Position numbers and translations under genes: made by a program
The notes under the pieces: model-generated
What the model was told of the DNA's origin: nothing
Seen by the model: the letters and a program-made list of their open reading frames with translations, nothing else
Database searches by the model: none
In this document: in pieces, positions 60,157-64,000 of the stretch
Position numbering within the stretch: position 1 is the stretch's first letter
Layout of the letters: each line of letters begins with the position of its first letter
DNA from: Desulfuromonadaceae bacterium
GTDB taxonomy: Bacteria > Desulfobacterota > Desulfuromonadia > Geobacterales > Pseudopelobacteraceae
Reading direction: 5' to 3'
NCBI GenBank assembly: GCA_028683855.1
Contig: JAQUHA010000019.1
Span: 12,622-76,621 of the forward strand
Length of the DNA stretch: 64,000 bases

Positions 60157-62105
60157 CAAGCGCGTTTCTGAAAATGGCGGTTTCGGCTCTCTTTATTATC
60201 GGCATGGCAGGGGATCTTTATGCAGAACCGCCCGCAACGCTTACCGCATACGCAAAGTTCAGCAATAATCAGGTTCAGCTCAAGTGGCTGATCCCGAAAT
60301 ACTCGGATGCCAACAGTTATACTATCTACAGGGGCTCAAAGGGAGAGCCGGGGCGGTTGCTGGCAACGCTCACTCCTGTTAGCGACGATGCATTAACGGC
60401 GATGGGATTCGACAAGGATTACCGCGAGTTCATTCATCCGTACAAAGACGTCAAAACCCTTGACGACAGTATTATGGTTGCCAAGACAGCAAAGCAGGTG
60501 GACGCCTTCAGAATACTCCGTCTTATGCAGGACAACAGGTTTGCCAAGCATCTCGGCCAATATTTTGTTGATACCGATGTTAAGCCGGGCATGACGTACC
60601 ATTACCGGATTGAACTGCTCAACAATGATAAAACGATTGCCCGAGCATCGATTGACGTAGCAACGAAGGAAACTTCCGGATCAACTGTTATGTGGGTTCA
60701 GGCGCAGGATACGGAAAAAGGCGTTACATTGAACTGGGAAAACAGTGCTGAATTTTCGTTCTATCATCTGTATAGAAAGCTCGACGGAGAGAAAGAGCAC
60801 ACCCGGTTGACGAAACAGCCGATTTATGTGGCGCCGTCATCATCCGTCGAGACCAGATACCTTTATCAGGATACAGCACTGAAGGAGGGGCAAAGGGCGC
60901 ATTATTATGTCCGCAAAGTCGATCAGTTCGGTGACGAAGGCAAAGCCTCCTACCAGGTTTCCGGTGAAATCAAAGTGGACAGGAAACCGGCAAGGGTGAC
61001 TAATATCTTTGTGAAAAACAGCGACAGGAAGATCTCCCTCCGCTGGAAAAAAGGGGAAAATATTCTGGGATACAACATCTACAGAAGTCTCAATCACAAA
61101 ACCGGATTCAAGAAGATCAACAGCGATCCCGTCAAAGAAGAAGCATACTTTGATCACGACTTCAGCACTGGCAAGAGTTACTACTACATTGTAACAGCCG
61201 TAAATATGCACGGCGAGTCCACTCCATCAGACGCGATGCTTGCCTATGCTCGTGACGTAACACCACCTGATGCGCCAACCGCCTTGACTTTCAGTGTCAC
61301 GCCGGGAACCGCGCATTTGAAATGGCAGGGAGTTGCAACCCCTGATCTGCTCGGATACCGCGTCTATATGTCGATGGACAGGCAGGCTGAGTCCTGGGCA
61401 ATGATTACCAAAAAAGAGGTGGCAGAGCCGTCTTATCTGCATGAACGAGCAAAGACACTCAGCCGTCACAATTACTATTACCGGGTAACAGCCGTGGACA
61501 AGGCGTTCAATGAGAGCGCTCCCTCTAACATTATTGAGGTCAAACTCCCGGATGTTACAAAGCCCGAACAGCCGGTCGTTGACCAGTTTCACGTCTATCC
61601 CGGAAAAATCCTGATCCAGTGGAGCCAGATAGCGCTTTATGATTTCAGTCACTACAATATTTACCGGAAAACGGGTGCTGCCTTAACCAAACTCAACGAT
61701 GTTCCGCTCAAGGTACTTCTTTATACCGATGCCAAGCCAGACTTGGGATTGAACGAATATGTCGTCACCTCGGTTGATCAAAGCGGCAATGAATCGGATA
61801 GAAAGGTCTCACTGGCTGTGCACGCCCACGATGGAGAGCCGGCGACTGTTTCGGGTTTATCAGTAAAACCCGTGACAAAGGGGGTTGAACTGTCATTTGT
61901 GTGTGGCGATGAGGATTATACAGGGTTTGAGGTGTATCGAAGCAGCGGCAGCGATAAAAAATATCATAATATCTCCGGATTCCGGAAAGGAACCCGGTTT
62001 GTCGATACTCGTGTAGTACATAAGCAGGTATATTTTTATATGATTAAAGCATTTGATCGTTCCGGGAATGTCAGAGAAAGCAGAAGTGTTAAAATAAAGT
62101 ATTGA
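60153..62105 (+). CDS. secreted protein with about six fibronectin type III-like domains
   Basis: Signal peptide. FN3 end-motifs recur: HYRIELLN, HYYVRKVDQFGDEG, YYYIVTAVNMHGES, YYYRVTAVDKAFNES, EYVVTSVDQSGNES, YFYMIKAFDRSGNV. The ATG overlaps the giant gene's stop (ATGA). Confidence 0.8.
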   Translation: MTSAFLKMAVSALFIIGMAGDLYAEPPATLTAYAKFSNNQVQLKWLIPKYSDANSYTIYRGSKGEPGRLLATLTPVSDDALTAMGFDKDYREFIHPYKDVKTLDDSIMVAKTAKQVDAFRILRLMQDNRFAKHLGQYFVDTDVKPGMTYHYRIELLNNDKTIARASIDVATKETSGSTVMWVQAQDTEKGVTLNWENSAEFSFYHLYRKLDGEKEHTRLTKQPIYVAPSSSVETRYLYQDTALKEGQRAHYYVRKVDQFGDEGKASYQVSGEIKVDRKPARVTNIFVKNSDRKISLRWKKGENILGYNIYRSLNHKTGFKKINSDPVKEEAYFDHDFSTGKSYYYIVTAVNMHGESTPSDAMLAYARDVTPPDAPTALTFSVTPGTAHLKWQGVATPDLLGYRVYMSMDRQAESWAMITKKEVAEPSYLHERAKTLSRHNYYYRVTAVDKAFNESAPSNIIEVKLPDVTKPEQPVVDQFHVYPGKILIQWSQIALYDFSHYNIYRKTGAALTKLNDVPLKVLLYTDAKPDLGLNEYVVTSVDQSGNESDRKVSLAVHAHDGEPATVSGLSVKPVTKGVELSFVCGDEDYTGFEVYRSSGSDKKYHNISGFRKGTRFVDTRVVHKQVYFYMIKAFDRSGNVRESRSVKIKY

Positions 62106-62127
62106 CTTTAGTTCAACGGAGAACCAA

Positions 62128-63333
62128 TTGAACCCAAAAGATAAATCTCGAATAGTCGGCGCGGAAACAGTCAGAATGCTTGAACTTGGACACCCCTGGG
62201 TTGTCGCTGATGGATATACAAAAAAATGGCGACCTGGTAAAGCCGGAGAAATTGTAGAGCTTTGCGACAGTAGTGGGCGTTTCATAGCCTCAGCCCTTCT
62301 TGATCCTGCGGAGAGAATAATAGCCAGAGTACTCGATCGAAATCCGATGAGACTGGACAGTAAGTGGCTGATCAAGCGATTTCAGAACGCCATCAATCTT
62401 CGCAAAAATCATGCAGACTTGAAAAATTCAAATGCATACCGCCTTGTAAATGCCGAAGGGGACGGACTTCCGGGTCTGACGGTTGACAGGTATGCAGACT
62501 ATCTCATGCTTCAGCTTTACAGCTCAGCCTGGCGTCCGCACCTGAAAACCGTAACAGATATTCTGCAGGAGCTGATCTCACCAATCGGGATATACGAAAA
62601 GAGCCGTCCTCAGAATACAAGGGGTCTTGAAGCGACGAGTGACAGCAAAAAATACGGCAATCTTCTTGCTGGTAGAGCCGCGCCTAATCGTCTTGAAGTT
62701 ATGGAAAACGGACTTACTTTTCTAGTTACTCTTGAGCATGGGCTGAATACCGGTCTTTTTCTCGACCAGCGCAACAACAGACGGGATCTTATGAAAAGAG
62801 CAGCAGGAAAGCGGGTTCTGAATCTCTTCTCCTATACGGGCGCTTTTTCAGTTGCGGCTGCGGCAGCCGGATCGGAACAGGTTACAAGCGTCGATGCCTC
62901 AGCTTCATACAGCGACTGGGCAAAGGATAATTTTGCGGCAAACCGAATCAATCATAAACAGCACAACTTTATTGTCGGTGACTGCCTGACTGTATTGGCA
63001 AAACTGAAACAGGACAATAAACGCTTCGATATAATACTTATGGATCCACCCTCTTTTTCGACAACAGCAAAAAACCGCTTCACAACACGCGGAGGAACAT
63101 CTGATCTGGTTGCATCCTCACTCCATCTCCTCCACGATGGCGGGCTTCTGATAACTTCATCAAACCATCAGAAGGTGGATATTGCCGATTATCTAAAAGA
63201 GTTGAGAAGGGGTGCTTTACAATCGGGCTGTGAACAGAGGGTGATCTCTCAACTCGGACAGCCGGAAGACTTTCCGTATCCGGTAACTTTTCCCGAGGGG
63301 CGTTATCTTAAGTATGTTATTTCTGTGAAGTAA
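62128..63333 (+). CDS. rlmI: class I SAM-dependent rRNA methyltransferase (RlmI-like, PUA plus methyltransferase domains)
   Basis: HPWV near the N-terminus, NTGLFLDQRNNR, LNLFSYTGAFS and MDPPSFS motifs. TTG start with GGAG 6 nt upstream. Confidence 0.78.
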   Translation: MNPKDKSRIVGAETVRMLELGHPWVVADGYTKKWRPGKAGEIVELCDSSGRFIASALLDPAERIIARVLDRNPMRLDSKWLIKRFQNAINLRKNHADLKNSNAYRLVNAEGDGLPGLTVDRYADYLMLQLYSSAWRPHLKTVTDILQELISPIGIYEKSRPQNTRGLEATSDSKKYGNLLAGRAAPNRLEVMENGLTFLVTLEHGLNTGLFLDQRNNRRDLMKRAAGKRVLNLFSYTGAFSVAAAAAGSEQVTSVDASASYSDWAKDNFAANRINHKQHNFIVGDCLTVLAKLKQDNKRFDIILMDPPSFSTTAKNRFTTRGGTSDLVASSLHLLHDGGLLITSSNHQKVDIADYLKELRRGALQSGCEQRVISQLGQPEDFPYPVTFPEGRYLKYVISVK

Positions 63334-63391
63334 AATAAGTTGAAAAGCAGGTATAACCGACGCGTTAGCCTGCATAAAGGAGAATGAGCAG

Positions 63392-64000
63392 ATGACTACG
63401 CCAGGTCAATTGAAAGAATTGTATAAACAAGGGCAGAATATCAGTGCATTCTTACGCAAAGAAATGGGCGTAGAACATAACACACATGAAATTATAGAGA
63501 CTTCATATGATTTACAAACTGGAAGTTATATTGCTGCCATGCAAGATGAAAAGATGTTGAAACACCAGAAAGAATATACACAAGAAATAGCCGCTACAAT
63601 TCTCTCGTTGTACGAACCAAACTCTATACTTGAAGCTGGAGTTGGAGAGGCGACCACATTGTCTGGTGTTTTGCAACATATGCAAAGCGAAATCCACGCT
63701 TATGGATTCGACTTAAGCTGGTCAAGAGTCGCGTATGCGAAAAAGTGGCTTAAGAGCAAAGGCTTTAACAATACCTTTTTATGCTCGGGAGACCTGTTCA
63801 ATATTCCATTTCTTGATAATTCAGTTGACGTTGTGTACACCTCTCATTCTATTGAACCTAATGGCGGTAATGAAGAACCAATTTTACGAGAGTTGTATCG
63901 GGTTGCCAGAAAGTACTTGATCCTTTTAGAGCCTGGATACGAACTTGCCAGTGATGAATCAAGACAAAGGATGGATTCTCACGGATACTGCAAAAATCTA
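63392..64000 (+). CDS. class I SAM-dependent methyltransferase (type 11-like), partial; runs off the window end
   Basis: Open-ended, so absent from the ORF track. AAAGGAG Shine-Dalgarno 8 nt before the ATG at 63392, then 203 in-frame codons to nt 64000: MTTPGQLKELYKQGQNISAFL...ILEAGVGEATTL...VDVVYTSHSIEP...ARKYLILLEPG. Markedly lower GC than its neighbours. Confidence 0.65.
   Translation, partial: MTTPGQLKELYKQGQNISAFLRKEMGVEHNTHEIIETSYDLQTGSYIAAMQDEKMLKHQKEYTQEIAATILSLYEPNSILEAGVGEATTLSGVLQHMQSEIHAYGFDLSWSRVAYAKKWLKSKGFNNTFLCSGDLFNIPFLDNSVDVVYTSHSIEPNGGNEEPILRELYRVARKYLILLEPGYELASDESRQRMDSHGYCKNL

Noticed and set aside
53114-60205. Many long antisense or off-frame ORFs inside the giant gene (for example 54339-54770, 54774-55238, 58801-59523 and 59590-60129 on the minus strand).
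   Set aside because: They lie entirely within one uninterrupted 7.9-kb sense ORF that has a Shine-Dalgarno, a signal peptide and coherent repeat structure. Their products are low-complexity (S/P/R/A-rich), with no start context. This is typical of shadow ORFs opposite Ala/Gly/Ser/Thr-rich coding sequence.

Overview
64-kb chromosomal window of about 48-52% GC, dropping to about 35-38% in the last 650 bp (hand counts on a few 60-nt samples). All calls rest on by-eye motif recognition; nothing was searched. Gene content looks like a Desulfuromonadales/Geobacter-like deltaproteobacterium, which is an inference from content only. Left to right: (1) a partial sugar nucleotidyltransferase, a CheY-type regulator plus a soluble GAF histidine kinase, cysS, and a small polysaccharide export locus (VanZ-like, an 875-aa Wza/SLBB exporter, a CapD/PglF-type dehydratase, a Wzi-like outer-membrane protein). 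(2) A response regulator, a COG2509-type flavoprotein, two secreted M16 peptidases, argC and a MATE transporter. (3) A tightly packed 13-gene minus-strand flagellar operon, flhA-flhF-flhG-fliA-flgF-flgG-flgA-flgH-flgI-flgJ(short)-flgN-like-flgK-flgL, with a good sigma-54 promoter match upstream of flhA. (4) trxB, mfd, glmU, a periplasmic heme-c (CxxCH) sensor diguanylate cyclase, two Roadblock/LC7-domain proteins (one with DUF4388), an acetyl-CoA hydrolase/transferase-family enzyme, Dabb, Smr and OmpA-like lipoprotein genes, and cbiF-cbiG-pdxA. (5) The most unusual part is a five-gene, 13.6-kb plus-strand envelope operon (48488-62105). It encodes a secreted PKD protein, a PKD x2/CARDB lipoprotein, a 525-aa beta-barrel outer-membrane protein, a 2,632-aa giant protein built from about 150-aa repeats, and a six-FN3 protein. 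I see no recognisable secretion machinery for it. After it come an rlmI-like gene and a low-GC methyltransferase gene that runs off the window end. No rRNA, tRNA, CRISPR array, transposase or integrase was seen.
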